Below are positions 28,573 through 36,749 of a stretch of 61,674 nt of DNA, one piece after another. Below the pieces are notes generated by a model. The model saw nothing but the letters and a program-made list of their open reading frames with translations, was not told the origin of the DNA and ran no database searches. The stretch is taken from IMG/VR virus record IMGVR_UViG_3300028549_000477. One strand, 5' to 3'. The translations under genes were made by a program, and so were the position numbers. Numbering within the stretch: position 1 is the first letter of the stretch; each line of letters begins with the position of its first letter. Origin of the DNA: a virus.

Positions 28573-28950
28573 ATGTCCCTCAAGGCCGAATTGAGCAAAG
28601 AGCTGATTTCCGTTGCACTGTCAGAGAAGGTCAAGTCGGTCTTGCTCATTTCAACGGAAGATGACTCTCCGGAAGTGACAGTCACATTGGCCGCTACTTC
28701 GGTTGGAGAATACGGCCATCTCCTGATGGGGGTTGCCAAGAGCATCAGCGGCCATGCCACTGAGCTCGCTACTGCCGAGGTCTACTCGGAAGATGCTGTA
28801 CGAGAACAGGCCAAGGTCCTTGCAGGTCTTCACGGCATCGTGGTGAATGCAGTAGCTATTTTTCTGGAAGATGAGACTCATCTGGCGGTGGTGAACAAGG
28901 CCCTTGAAGAGAAGTTCGGGGCTCGCATCGTTCGGGTGGAAAATGCCTAG
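28573..28950 (+). CDS. Hypothetical protein
   Basis: ATG follows AAGAAAGGTG. 125 aa. Confidence 0.55.
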   Translation: MSLKAELSKELISVALSEKVKSVLLISTEDDSPEVTVTLAATSVGEYGHLLMGVAKSISGHATELATAEVYSEDAVREQAKVLAGLHGIVVNAVAIFLEDETHLAVVNKALEEKFGARIVRVENA

Positions 28951-29308
28951 GGCGATTGAGCAGGTAGTAGATGCCGATACCCTGGCACACATCGCTACCG
29001 GAAACTGTTACCATTCAGCTTTCGTGACCCTTCGCTCCGAACAGGAACGGTTCAACGGATGGGTGCTTTGCCACGGAAGGCCGGTACTGACTGGCGGCCC
29101 ATTCGAAGGGTGCGAGTTCGGCCATGCTTGGATTGAGAGTCCGGACGGCCGCATCGTCTTTGACACCGAGAAATTCATGTTTGTTCCGGCTCATATTTAT
29201 TACATGGTGGGCCAGATCACTAAGCCAGTCATCAAGTTCTCTCTCAGAGAGGCGTGGATGAAGTCAATGCTCTTCGGTCACTACGGCCCTTGGGAGCAGG
29301 AGAACTAG
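28943..29308 (+). CDS. Hypothetical protein with a conserved-looking Cys/His pattern
   Basis: Overlaps the upstream stop. GNCYHSA ... CHGRP ... GHAWIE is reminiscent of a thiol hydrolase, but no family was assigned. Confidence 0.55.
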   Translation: MPRAIEQVVDADTLAHIATGNCYHSAFVTLRSEQERFNGWVLCHGRPVLTGGPFEGCEFGHAWIESPDGRIVFDTEKFMFVPAHIYYMVGQITKPVIKFSLREAWMKSMLFGHYGPWEQEN

Positions 29309-29309
29309 A

Positions 29310-29573
29310 ATGTGCCTTCCAAATCAGATCGACGCATTTTGCGACCACTGCAACGGCTACGGCTCTTCATTGAAGGACCCCGAGGGCGTGGATGCCTGTA
29401 CCAAGTGTCACGGCTCGGGCAAGGCCGACTGGCGGGACAAATACATCACGAAGCAGGGGAGCTACTGGGTCATTCGGGCCTACGGAGAAGTCGTATTCTC
29501 TGACACGGACATTCACAAAACAAGAGAGGCGGTGAAGTTGTATGGAACACACATCGAGCGACTCGCGCATTGA
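29310..29573 (+). CDS. DnaJ-type zinc-finger (CxxCxGxG x2) small protein
   Basis: Motifs CDHCNGYG and CTKCHGSG. 87 aa. Confidence 0.6.
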   Translation: MCLPNQIDAFCDHCNGYGSSLKDPEGVDACTKCHGSGKADWRDKYITKQGSYWVIRAYGEVVFSDTDIHKTREAVKLYGTHIERLAH

Positions 29574-29730
29574 CCTTTCGGACGGGAGCGGGGCCATCGG
29601 GTGTTTTCTGTTGTTCTTCGCTCTGATGTTGATTTTCCCTGCCGTACTTTGGTTGATGTTCAAACTGTTCACTTCTTTCAACGGCTCTGGACCTTCATCT
29701 GCAACGCTAAAAGACCCGTTGCACATCTGA
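29542..29730 (+). CDS. Small transmembrane protein
   Basis: 62 aa with the hydrophobic core GAIGCFLLFFALMLIFPAVLWLMFKLF. It overlaps the upstream gene by 32 nt. Confidence 0.4.
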   Translation: MEHTSSDSRIDLSDGSGAIGCFLLFFALMLIFPAVLWLMFKLFTSFNGSGPSSATLKDPLHI

Positions 29731-29739
29731 GGAGAGACT

Positions 29740-29988
29740 ATGTTCATTCAAGATGTTGACTCTGTTGATGTGACTCGCTGGTCCCACCTAGATCACGAAC
29801 AGGTGTCCGATGCTATCCCCGAGGAACTCACCCGAGAGTATAATATGCTCTTGGACGCGGTTCACTCGCGTGATCGCATTCTTCAGAGGATCAAGACCAT
29901 CAATCCGAAGCTGCTTGAGGATGTGATCGAACAGGAGAAGCAGTTCATTCTTCAGCAGGGGGTGGGGAATGAGTGCAGTATGCCCTAA
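29740..29988 (+). CDS. Hypothetical protein
   Basis: RBS GAGGAG. 82 aa. Confidence 0.5.
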   Translation: MFIQDVDSVDVTRWSHLDHEQVSDAIPEELTREYNMLLDAVHSRDRILQRIKTINPKLLEDVIEQEKQFILQQGVGNECSMP

Positions 29989-30268
29989 CTGCGGGATGGC
30001 TGTGGGAGCCATACGCGGAATAATCCCGCAATTCAAATGTGGCTCTAGTAGCTTCGTCCTAAATGGCCAGCGCGTTTTACAGAAAACCGAAGTATGCGCT
30101 GAGATCGCCGCCCTCCGCGCCCAGCTTGCCGAGCGCGATAAGCGGGTGGAGGAGCTGGAGGAGGGGATCTGCGACGCGCTCCACGCCTACGACAACGAGA
30201 AGGGCGACATCCTCCGGAAAGCCCTCGGCGGGGCGGGAGGTGAGGTATGTGCAAACATTTGCGTATAA
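29969..30268 (+). CDS. Zinc-ribbon/coiled-coil small protein
   Basis: CPNCG ... KCGSS at the N-terminus, then a heptad-like AALRAQLAERDKRVEELEE segment. Confidence 0.5.
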   Translation: MSAVCPNCGMAVGAIRGIIPQFKCGSSSFVLNGQRVLQKTEVCAEIAALRAQLAERDKRVEELEEGICDALHAYDNEKGDILRKALGGAGGEVCANICV

Positions 30269-30450
30269 GGCACGCTCCTTATGACGAGACTTTCAATACC
30301 GACTGCGGTCGCGAGTATGAAGCGTCGACGCATCCAGATGCTCGACCGCTCATTCACCTAGAGCGAAGCGGCCCGCGTCACTGTCCGTGGTGCGGCGGTA
30401 TCGTAGACATAGACATGAACGACGGGTTCATATCGCGTCAGCTGTGGTAA
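30247..30450 (+). CDS. Zinc-ribbon small protein
   Basis: RBS GGGAGGTGAGG. Motifs are C-x17-C and CPWCGG. Confidence 0.5.
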   Translation: MCKHLRIRHAPYDETFNTDCGREYEASTHPDARPLIHLERSGPRHCPWCGGIVDIDMNDGFISRQLW

Positions 30451-30466
30451 CAAGGAGGTACTGACA

Positions 30467-30712
30467 ATGAGCTATCACAACGCTGAGCCGGATGAGTTTT
30501 TTATCGGCAATGTACCAGACGAGAAGGTGCCAGAGAAGTTCAAGGAGCTTGACTTCCTGATGACTATCCGCACCGAATATGAGGCATTCGACATCGACGG
30601 AAAGGAGCTGCCGAACTACTGTGCTTTTTATGCAAACAAAAGCGAGCAGGCAGCATTCGACACTCGCATGAACTACGATCTCAGCTTGATAATGAAAGGG
30701 ATGAAGCGATGA
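30467..30712 (+). CDS. Hypothetical protein
   Basis: RBS AAGGAGG. 81 aa. Confidence 0.55.
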   Translation: MSYHNAEPDEFFIGNVPDEKVPEKFKELDFLMTIRTEYEAFDIDGKELPNYCAFYANKSEQAAFDTRMNYDLSLIMKGMKR

Positions 30713-30957
30713 ACTTACTCAAGCTATTAGATGAGTCCAAGACTTACGAAGCGGAAGAGGTGAGCACCGTCTTACACAAGGACATCGGAGGTCGGTGGTC
30801 GGTCGTAGATGTATTTCGCTTTGGGACTAGGTGGTTCTACAAAGCAGTCATAAGTGGGTACACCCCGCTTCAATTGCGAGATGCTTTGCCGTGCAAGACA
30901 ACTTGCCCTAGGTTACGGACAGAAATGTGCCAAGTCACTTTAGTACAGGAGGAATGA
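30709..30957 (+). CDS. Hypothetical protein
   Basis: ATGA overlap with the upstream gene. 82 aa. Confidence 0.5.
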   Translation: MNLLKLLDESKTYEAEEVSTVLHKDIGGRWSVVDVFRFGTRWFYKAVISGYTPLQLRDALPCKTTCPRLRTEMCQVTLVQEE

Positions 30958-31217
30958 TGGCTCGCAAGTCGGAAGTGGTTCGCTGCTACAAGGCGAAAGA
31001 TGGGCAAGTGTTCGACACATGGCGCGAGGCACAGGCCCATAACAAGACATTCGAGCGTGAGGCCGAGATCGCCCTGTTCGTGCATGGCCTTGCCGAAGGG
31101 AAGAATATGGCAATTCTCGGGAATTTCTTCCCGAAGGACATTCCAGATACCAAGGCTCTTTTGAGTGAAACCATCAAGGCTTGGGAGGAATACAAATGTA
31201 CTGGAGTTATCCTATAG
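30954..31217 (+). CDS. Hypothetical protein
   Basis: ATGATG start follows GGAGGA and overlaps the upstream stop. 87 aa. Confidence 0.5.
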   Translation: MMARKSEVVRCYKAKDGQVFDTWREAQAHNKTFEREAEIALFVHGLAEGKNMAILGNFFPKDIPDTKALLSETIKAWEEYKCTGVIL

Positions 31218-31345
31218 TGTGGGCCGTGTTCTATAATTCCTACTTCGGATGGAACTTCCACCCCCAGTCACCCGAGGAGCTCATCTGCGATGGCATATTC
31301 GTGCTGATGGCAGGGATGGTCTTCTATTCGTGGAGAAAGAAATGA
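31196..31345 (+). CDS. Small aromatic-rich membrane peptide (49 aa)
   Basis: Hand-translated: MYWSYPIVWAVFYNSYFGWNF ... VLMAGMVFYSWRKK. RBS GGGAGG. ATGA overlap with the next start. Confidence 0.4.
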   Translation: MYWSYPIVWAVFYNSYFGWNFHPQSPEELICDGIFVLMAGMVFYSWRKK

Positions 31346-31533
31346 TCGAGAAGCGAAACGCCCAACACATTCCTGGGACAGTCTCAAAGAAGGACCCGAC
31401 GGAATGTTATTCGTGCAAACGAAGAGAACCGGAAATTATCATCGTTGCACCTAGGCTCTGCAATCAATGCAGGAACGCAAAGGCCGCAGAACGGAAACGC
31501 AAGGCGCGGGAGAGAAAAAATGGCGAAGCGTAG
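31342..31533 (+). CDS. Small zinc-ribbon, basic-tail protein
   Basis: ATG 31342 is preferred over the upstream start at 31249 (RBS GGAGAAAG). Motifs CYSC ... CNQC, then KAAERKRKARERK. Confidence 0.45.
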   Translation: MIEKRNAQHIPGTVSKKDPTECYSCKRREPEIIIVAPRLCNQCRNAKAAERKRKARERKNGEA

Positions 31534-31795
31534 TTATGTGAAGACCGGAGATGTGGTGTGTTTCGTGCGGGGGACTAACCATGTGAAGAACAAGCATGGG
31601 GTATTACGCGAAGTCTACGGCATAGTCAAAGCATTGGTCGATAGTACCAACGGGCATCCAAACAGGGTGTGGGTGCAGCTCATTCACACCGATAGTTTGG
31701 CCTATTTTCCGGATGAAAAAGACTGCTGGATTGACAAGGACCGTATTCGCTCCATCGCGTTCAGAGCACCATCCGTCAGAAGGGCGAAGCTCTGA
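31520..31795 (+). CDS. Hypothetical protein
   Basis: ATG follows GGGAGAGAAAAA. 91 aa. Confidence 0.5.
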   Translation: MAKRSYVKTGDVVCFVRGTNHVKNKHGVLREVYGIVKALVDSTNGHPNRVWVQLIHTDSLAYFPDEKDCWIDKDRIRSIAFRAPSVRRAKL

Positions 31796-32184
31796 TGCCG
31801 CGGCACCCCGTCCTATGTCCTTATTGCGGGTCCCTAGCCAACAAGGAAAGGGGCTCAACGGTCTATCCATCTCAGAAAAATCTAAGGCACCGGATATTTT
31901 GGGTTTGCGACCCTTGCGACGCCCGTGTAGGGACGCATCTAGGCTCGGACAAGCCTATGGGGACCCTAGCGGGACCCGAACTGCGAAAAGCCCGCCAAGA
32001 GGCTCATAAAGCCTTTGACGCCATCTGGATTTTCGGGAAGGTGGGCCGCAGGGAGGCATACGCTTGGTTGGCCGAAAAGATGGGCATCGAAATTGATGAC
32101 TGCCACATCGGAGGCTTCGGCCTGGCCCAGTGCGCGCAGGTACTCACCATTTGCGAAGAGAGGAAGAAATGCAGGAAGGCGTGA
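31795..32184 (+). CDS. DUF3268-like zinc-finger protein
   Basis: CPYCG ... WVCDPCDARVGTH ... PMGTLAGPELRKARQEAHKAFD ... CHIGGF matches the phage zinc-finger family I recall as DUF3268. Confidence 0.65.
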   Translation: MPRHPVLCPYCGSLANKERGSTVYPSQKNLRHRIFWVCDPCDARVGTHLGSDKPMGTLAGPELRKARQEAHKAFDAIWIFGKVGRREAYAWLAEKMGIEIDDCHIGGFGLAQCAQVLTICEERKKCRKA

Positions 32185-32459
32185 AGCATGACCAAGGGAA
32201 GGCGCAGTGGTCGCTATTCCCATTCTCGGCCGCGGAGCCCATTGTGAGGGTCCTGATGTTCGGGGCCAAGAAGTATGCCGTCGATAATTGGAAGGTCGTG
32301 CCAGATGCCCGCAGGCGCTATCTGGACGCGGCTTTCCGCCACTTGGCGGCATTCTCTGATGGAGAAAAGGACGATCCGGAGAGTGGGCTCTCGCATCTGG
32401 CCCACGCGGGATGCTGCATCCTCTTCTTACTCTGGTTTTCCACTCAAACAGAAGAGTGA
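32169..32459 (+). CDS. dATP/dGTP diphosphohydrolase N-terminal-like domain protein (DUF5664-like)
   Basis: HDQGKAQWSLFP, FGAKKYAVDNW, AAFRHL and DPESGLSHLAHAGCC. Confidence 0.65.
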   Translation: MQEGVKHDQGKAQWSLFPFSAAEPIVRVLMFGAKKYAVDNWKVVPDARRRYLDAAFRHLAAFSDGEKDDPESGLSHLAHAGCCILFLLWFSTQTEE

Positions 32460-32481
32460 AAACTTTTTTAGAGAAAATCAC

Positions 32482-32510
32482 TTGTTTTTAGAAAAAAGAT
32501 AGGCTATATT
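32482..32510 (+). promoter_or_regulatory. Promoter P4
   Basis: TTGTTT, 17-nt spacer, TATATT. It is preceded by AATCACTTG, as is P5. Confidence 0.65.
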
Positions 32511-32568
32511 GATCCTATCAGCCCCACACAACCGCCCAACAGGGCAAAACAGAAAGAAAAGGCACTCT

Positions 32569-33444
32569 ATGGCCGTTCAACCTTTGAAAAGACCGGGATT
32601 TGTTCCAAAACCCAAAATGACATTGCCCACGACCAAAACATCGGCGCCGCAGGACATGAGCGGCTACACCAGCTTCATCTACGGGTCGCAGAAGATCGGT
32701 AAGACTTCGCTGACCGCTGCATTCCCCAACTCCCTGCACTTCTTCTTTGAGCCATCGGGAACCGACTACGAGCTCTTTGCAGTGGAGCCTACCTCTTGGG
32801 ATGAGTTCACGAGCTACATCGATGCCTTGGAGGCCGAGAAGGCCGAGGGCAAGGCACGGTTCAAGACCTTCACTATCGATGTGGTGGACTTGGCCTACGA
32901 GATGTGCCTCAAGGCGGTCTGCGGCAAGCAGGGCCTTGACTACCCACCGCAGAATGACTTCGGCAAGACTTGGAAAGAGATCAAGGATGAGTTCCGGCAG
33001 CAGATGATCCGGTTGGCTCGTCTGGGCGGCATCTTCGTTCTCTCCCATGTGAAGGAGACCAAGATTGAAACTCGCGATGGCGGCGAATACACCGTGTTCC
33101 AGCCATCTTGCGCCAAGGGGGCCGCAGAGGTGCTTAGCAAGTGGGCTGACCTGACTGCATTCTACCGAGTCGCAGATGATGGGAGCCGCGAGCTCTGCAT
33201 CACCCCGGACATTGCCTTTGAAGCGGGGAACCGGATGGAGAGCCGGTTCAAGTTCACTGATGGAACCCAGATCAGTGCAATCCCGATGGGAAGCTCTGCC
33301 AAGGAAGCGCACGCTAATTTCATGGCTGCATTCCACAACAAGATGGAGCGCAAGGCAGACGCTCAGCCGACCACACCAAAAACATCCGAAGGCGGAAATG
33401 GTAAGCCTGCAAAGAAGCTCGCCATCAAGCCCAAGGGAAGGTAG
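32569..33444 (+). CDS. Sak4-like (AAA_24) RecA-fold recombination ATPase
   Basis: First ATG after P4. Walker A is YGSQKIGKTS and Walker B-like is TFTIDVVD. Confidence 0.75.
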   Translation: MAVQPLKRPGFVPKPKMTLPTTKTSAPQDMSGYTSFIYGSQKIGKTSLTAAFPNSLHFFFEPSGTDYELFAVEPTSWDEFTSYIDALEAEKAEGKARFKTFTIDVVDLAYEMCLKAVCGKQGLDYPPQNDFGKTWKEIKDEFRQQMIRLARLGGIFVLSHVKETKIETRDGGEYTVFQPSCAKGAAEVLSKWADLTAFYRVADDGSRELCITPDIAFEAGNRMESRFKFTDGTQISAIPMGSSAKEAHANFMAAFHNKMERKADAQPTTPKTSEGGNGKPAKKLAIKPKGR

Positions 33445-33450
33445 ACCAAC

Positions 33451-34137
33451 ATGGCCAAGATTGACAAGAACGAAACCAAGTCGATGTTCAAATCCGCTCG
33501 CGAAGGCGCGAAGGATGGTTCAGGCGGCATCGAGATGCTCCCTCCCGGCAAGTACAATGCCAAGCTGACCACCTGCGAGTTCTACGAGTCGCAGAATGGC
33601 GCCCGGTACATCCGGCACTTCTGGACCATCTTGGAAGGCTCGCTGGAGGGCAAGAAGGCGCAGGACTACCGCAAGGTGGAGAACGAGAACGGCATCAAGT
33701 ACACTCTGATGGAGTGGAACAAGCTGGGCGCAGATGTCGAGTCCGTTGAGGACTACGACAGTCTCGCGAAGACGGCTGAATGGGTCCAGGCACAGGGCTT
33801 CATCTGCCGCATCCGCATCGCGCAGAACAAGAACAACCCCGACTTCCAAAACTTCTACATCGAAGAAGTCTTGGACCAAGATGGCGCCCCCGATGGCGGC
33901 TCTGAGTCCGAGGCCGACGCCGATACCGATCCGGAGGGCGGTGAGCCCGATGGGGAAGGTGAGGAGTCCGATGAGGGCGTGGAAGTCGGTGATGTTGTCG
34001 AGTTCAAGCACGACGGCAAGGTCATCCAGAAGGCGGTCATCTCCATTGACGAGGACAAGGGCCTCATCGTGGTCAAGGTGAACAAGACCAAGGTTGAACT
34101 CACCGTCGATGACATCATTCGCAAGGTGACGGAGTAG
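33451..34137 (+). CDS. Probable ssDNA-binding partner protein (DUF669-like) with an acidic tract and an extra C-terminal domain
   Basis: LPPGKYNAKLTTCEF at the N-terminus. Acidic tract DGGSESEADADTDPEGGEPDGEGEESDEG. This is the usual neighbour of a Sak4 gene. Confidence 0.55.
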   Translation: MAKIDKNETKSMFKSAREGAKDGSGGIEMLPPGKYNAKLTTCEFYESQNGARYIRHFWTILEGSLEGKKAQDYRKVENENGIKYTLMEWNKLGADVESVEDYDSLAKTAEWVQAQGFICRIRIAQNKNNPDFQNFYIEEVLDQDGAPDGGSESEADADTDPEGGEPDGEGEESDEGVEVGDVVEFKHDGKVIQKAVISIDEDKGLIVVKVNKTKVELTVDDIIRKVTE

Positions 34138-34189
34138 TGCGGCATCCTCGGGGACTATTCCTCCCCTGGTAGCATTCCCCGAGGCGAGC

Positions 34190-34216
34190 GCCCCCTGCGA
34201 TAGTGGGGGCATTTTT
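34190..34216 (+). terminator. Rho-independent terminator
   Basis: Stem GCCCCC / GGGGGC, 9-nt loop, followed by ATTTTT. Confidence 0.7.
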
Positions 34217-34303
34217 GCGAGGCCCATCCAGTTACTCAGAGTTGGTGATGGGAGGGGTTGGGGGTTCCCGGCCGATAATGTGGTTCAATTCCACATCCTC
34301 GCT
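34217..34303 (+). other. tRNA-like fragment (T-arm plus acceptor 3' strand); not a canonical tRNA
   Basis: TGTGG-TTCAATT-CCACA at 34279-34295, followed by TCCTCGC. A complementary GCGAGG lies at 34217. I could not fold a D-arm or an anticodon arm. Confidence 0.3.
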
Positions 34304-34338
34304 CTAAGCGTCATTCACTTTCAGAGAAAGGTACAGAA

Positions 34339-34557
34339 ATGGACAGAGATGCAGCGATGATCCGGAAAATTCAGCGTGAGGCGCAGAAGTCCGTGAAAAT
34401 CATTCCCACTGCTCGGGAAGAGCAGGGGCGGCCGGCATTCACGCTTTCGTCTGCTGACGAGGGCAGTCCAGTTCGCATTCAGAAGTTGATGAAGGCAGGT
34501 CAGCCGCGCAAAGAGCGTGATGAAGATGTGGACCTCTCTGGGATGATCCGGAGATAG
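34339..34557 (+). CDS. Hypothetical protein
   Basis: RBS GAAAGG. 72 aa, highly charged. Confidence 0.45.
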   Translation: MDRDAAMIRKIQREAQKSVKIIPTAREEQGRPAFTLSSADEGSPVRIQKLMKAGQPRKERDEDVDLSGMIRR

Positions 34558-34560
34558 GCC

Positions 34561-36492
34561 GTGGACCATTGGTATGAACCAATTACCACCGAGGGCGGCA
34601 TCGTCTCGGTGGACACGGAAACGACCGGCTTGAACCCACGGATGGGCGACCGCCCGTTCGCATTCACCTTTACGGATTATGAGGGAGACTCGGCATACCT
34701 GCAAGGTGTGGTCGACCCATTTACACGCAAAGTTTCTTACAGCAAGGATGTTCTGGCTGAACTTCGTCGCGTGATGGAAGATGCGAGCATCACCAAGGTG
34801 TTCCATAACGCCAAGTTTGACATCGCGATGTACGAGTCTATCGGCATCAAGGTCCGTGGGAAAATCTGGGACACCTTGATAATGGCCCACATTGACGACC
34901 CTGCTTCCGAGCTTGGGCTCAAGCCATTGTGCAAGAAGAAATTGGACATCGATGACGACGATCAGCGCGACCTCAAGGATGCAGTTCGCCGCGCCCGCGT
35001 CAAGGCCAAGAAAGATGGCTGGAAGCTCTCTGAGGCGGTAGAGGCCGATTATTGGATGGCCCCTATGGCTTTGGTGCGTCGCTATGCGCTCACCGACACG
35101 GAGCGCACGATGGCACTCTACTGGGGTTACGAGGAGCTGATGAAGAGCGACGAGGGCTACAAGAACCTCGTCGAGATGGAGCACAAGGTCCTGTGGGTGA
35201 CTAAGCGCATGGAGGACCGCGGCATCGCTATGTCGCGCAAGACCATCGACGAGCTATTCACCTACTACTCCGAGATCATCGAGACGCAGGACGCCATCAT
35301 CAAGAAGCTCGGCTATGCCGATCTGAATACGAACTCTCCGAAGCAGATGCAGAAGGTCTTCTACGACGACCTTGGTATGACGCACATCTACAAGGTGCGC
35401 AAGGGCAAGAACGGTCGTACCAAGACTCTTACCACTGACGCATCGGCTTTAGAGCGGTGGGCCAATGAGGGCAACGAGTTGGCCAAGGCCATCATCACCC
35501 GAGGAGAGGCCGAGCACCAAATCCAGGCTTTCATCGACACCTTCCGCGCAGAAGGGATGACCGAGACCTCCCTAGCAGGAGAGGACTTCATCCTGCATCC
35601 GAACTACCGCACCTGTGGCCCGATAACCGGGCGCATCAGCTGCACCAAGCCCAACCTGATGAATATCAGCAACACCGGAACCAAGAAGTCCGATGTGCAG
35701 TATCGCATCAGAGAAGTGTTCGTTCCTCGCAAGAACCGCATTCTCTACTTCGCAGACTATTCGCAGGTAGAAGTGTGGCTCGCGATGTTCTTGTCGCAGG
35801 ACCCTTACGGCATGGAGCAGCTTCTCAAGGGCGAGGATATGCACGGCAACATGGCCCGCAAGGTATGGGGCAACCGCTACGACTTCTCGAATGAGGCAGT
35901 CTTCAAGAAGTGGCGCAAGCGGGCAAAGTTCATTCTATTCGGCTTGATCTACGGTGCAGGGGTCCCAGCCATTCAGGCACAGGCTGGATGCGACGAAGCC
36001 GAAGCAATGCAGATCAGGGATATTTTCTGGAAGACATTCAAGGGCCTCTACGCATTCAGCAACAAGCTCAAGGTGCAAGCGGAGCGCCTCGGATATGTGG
36101 AGAACCCCTTTGGGCGCATCTACCCAGTTCCGGGCAATGAGTCCTACAAGGGGCTCAACTACTTGGTGCAAGGCACTGCCGCAGAGATTATGAAGAGGGC
36201 ATTGATAAATCTCGATGCAGTTTTTCAGCGCAGACTTTCCAAGTTCTCACCGGCCAAGCTACTATTGACCATCCACGACGAAGTGGCCGTGGAAGCCGAT
36301 GAGAGAGACACGGAGGTTCCTGGCATCATCCTAGCCTGTATGCAGGACGAGTTCCACAAAGTTCTTGGGATGCCGCACCCATTCAAAGCGGAAGTTTCAA
36401 TCGCTCGCGTCTCGTGGGCATTGAAAGAAGAGATGGACCCACAACCGCTTCCGGCAGACCTGTCCAGATGGTTGCCCGAGAGGAGAAAGTAA
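34561..36492 (+). CDS. Family A DNA polymerase with 3'-5' exonuclease domain
   Basis: Exonuclease motifs VSVDTETTGL and FHNAKFDI. Polymerase motif A DYSQVEVW, motif B RKRAKFILFGLIYG, motif C LTIHDEV. Confidence 0.9.
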   Translation: MDHWYEPITTEGGIVSVDTETTGLNPRMGDRPFAFTFTDYEGDSAYLQGVVDPFTRKVSYSKDVLAELRRVMEDASITKVFHNAKFDIAMYESIGIKVRGKIWDTLIMAHIDDPASELGLKPLCKKKLDIDDDDQRDLKDAVRRARVKAKKDGWKLSEAVEADYWMAPMALVRRYALTDTERTMALYWGYEELMKSDEGYKNLVEMEHKVLWVTKRMEDRGIAMSRKTIDELFTYYSEIIETQDAIIKKLGYADLNTNSPKQMQKVFYDDLGMTHIYKVRKGKNGRTKTLTTDASALERWANEGNELAKAIITRGEAEHQIQAFIDTFRAEGMTETSLAGEDFILHPNYRTCGPITGRISCTKPNLMNISNTGTKKSDVQYRIREVFVPRKNRILYFADYSQVEVWLAMFLSQDPYGMEQLLKGEDMHGNMARKVWGNRYDFSNEAVFKKWRKRAKFILFGLIYGAGVPAIQAQAGCDEAEAMQIRDIFWKTFKGLYAFSNKLKVQAERLGYVENPFGRIYPVPGNESYKGLNYLVQGTAAEIMKRALINLDAVFQRRLSKFSPAKLLLTIHDEVAVEADERDTEVPGIILACMQDEFHKVLGMPHPFKAEVSIARVSWALKEEMDPQPLPADLSRWLPERRK

Positions 36493-36749
36493 TGAGCATC
36501 AAGGCAACGGACCTAATCAACACCATCTGCGCGAAGATTGGCATTCCCCGAGAAAAGTCGCAACAGGACCAGTTTTTGAATAAGCAGGAGCTTTTGCAAA
36601 TTCTGGCCCACATCGACAAACAGGAAATCCACATCGGGTCTTTGAAGCGTGAGGTTGACGAGCATCGTACCAAACAGGCGCAAGTGGAAGCCTTTCTTTC
36701 CACGATGAACAACAGTCTCGCTGAAGGGGCAGAGAATGAGCGAAATTGA
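36492..36749 (+). CDS. Hypothetical protein
   Basis: The ATG overlaps the polymerase stop (TAATG). 85 aa. Confidence 0.5.
   Translation: MSIKATDLINTICAKIGIPREKSQQDQFLNKQELLQILAHIDKQEIHIGSLKREVDEHRTKQAQVEAFLSTMNNSLAEGAENERN

Noticed and set aside
34217-34303. A full tRNA gene.
   Set aside because: Only the T-arm and the acceptor pairing can be drawn. There is no D-arm. The best anticodon-like stem has a 6- or 8-nt loop. The acceptor has a C-T mismatch at pair 7-66, and the length (87 nt) would need an implausible variable region. It is kept only as a tRNA-like fragment.
34270-34305. An attP site with an associated lysogeny module.
   Set aside because: I saw no tyrosine or serine recombinase, excisionase or CI-like repressor in any frame. 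The only HTH protein (49765) is not next to this site.
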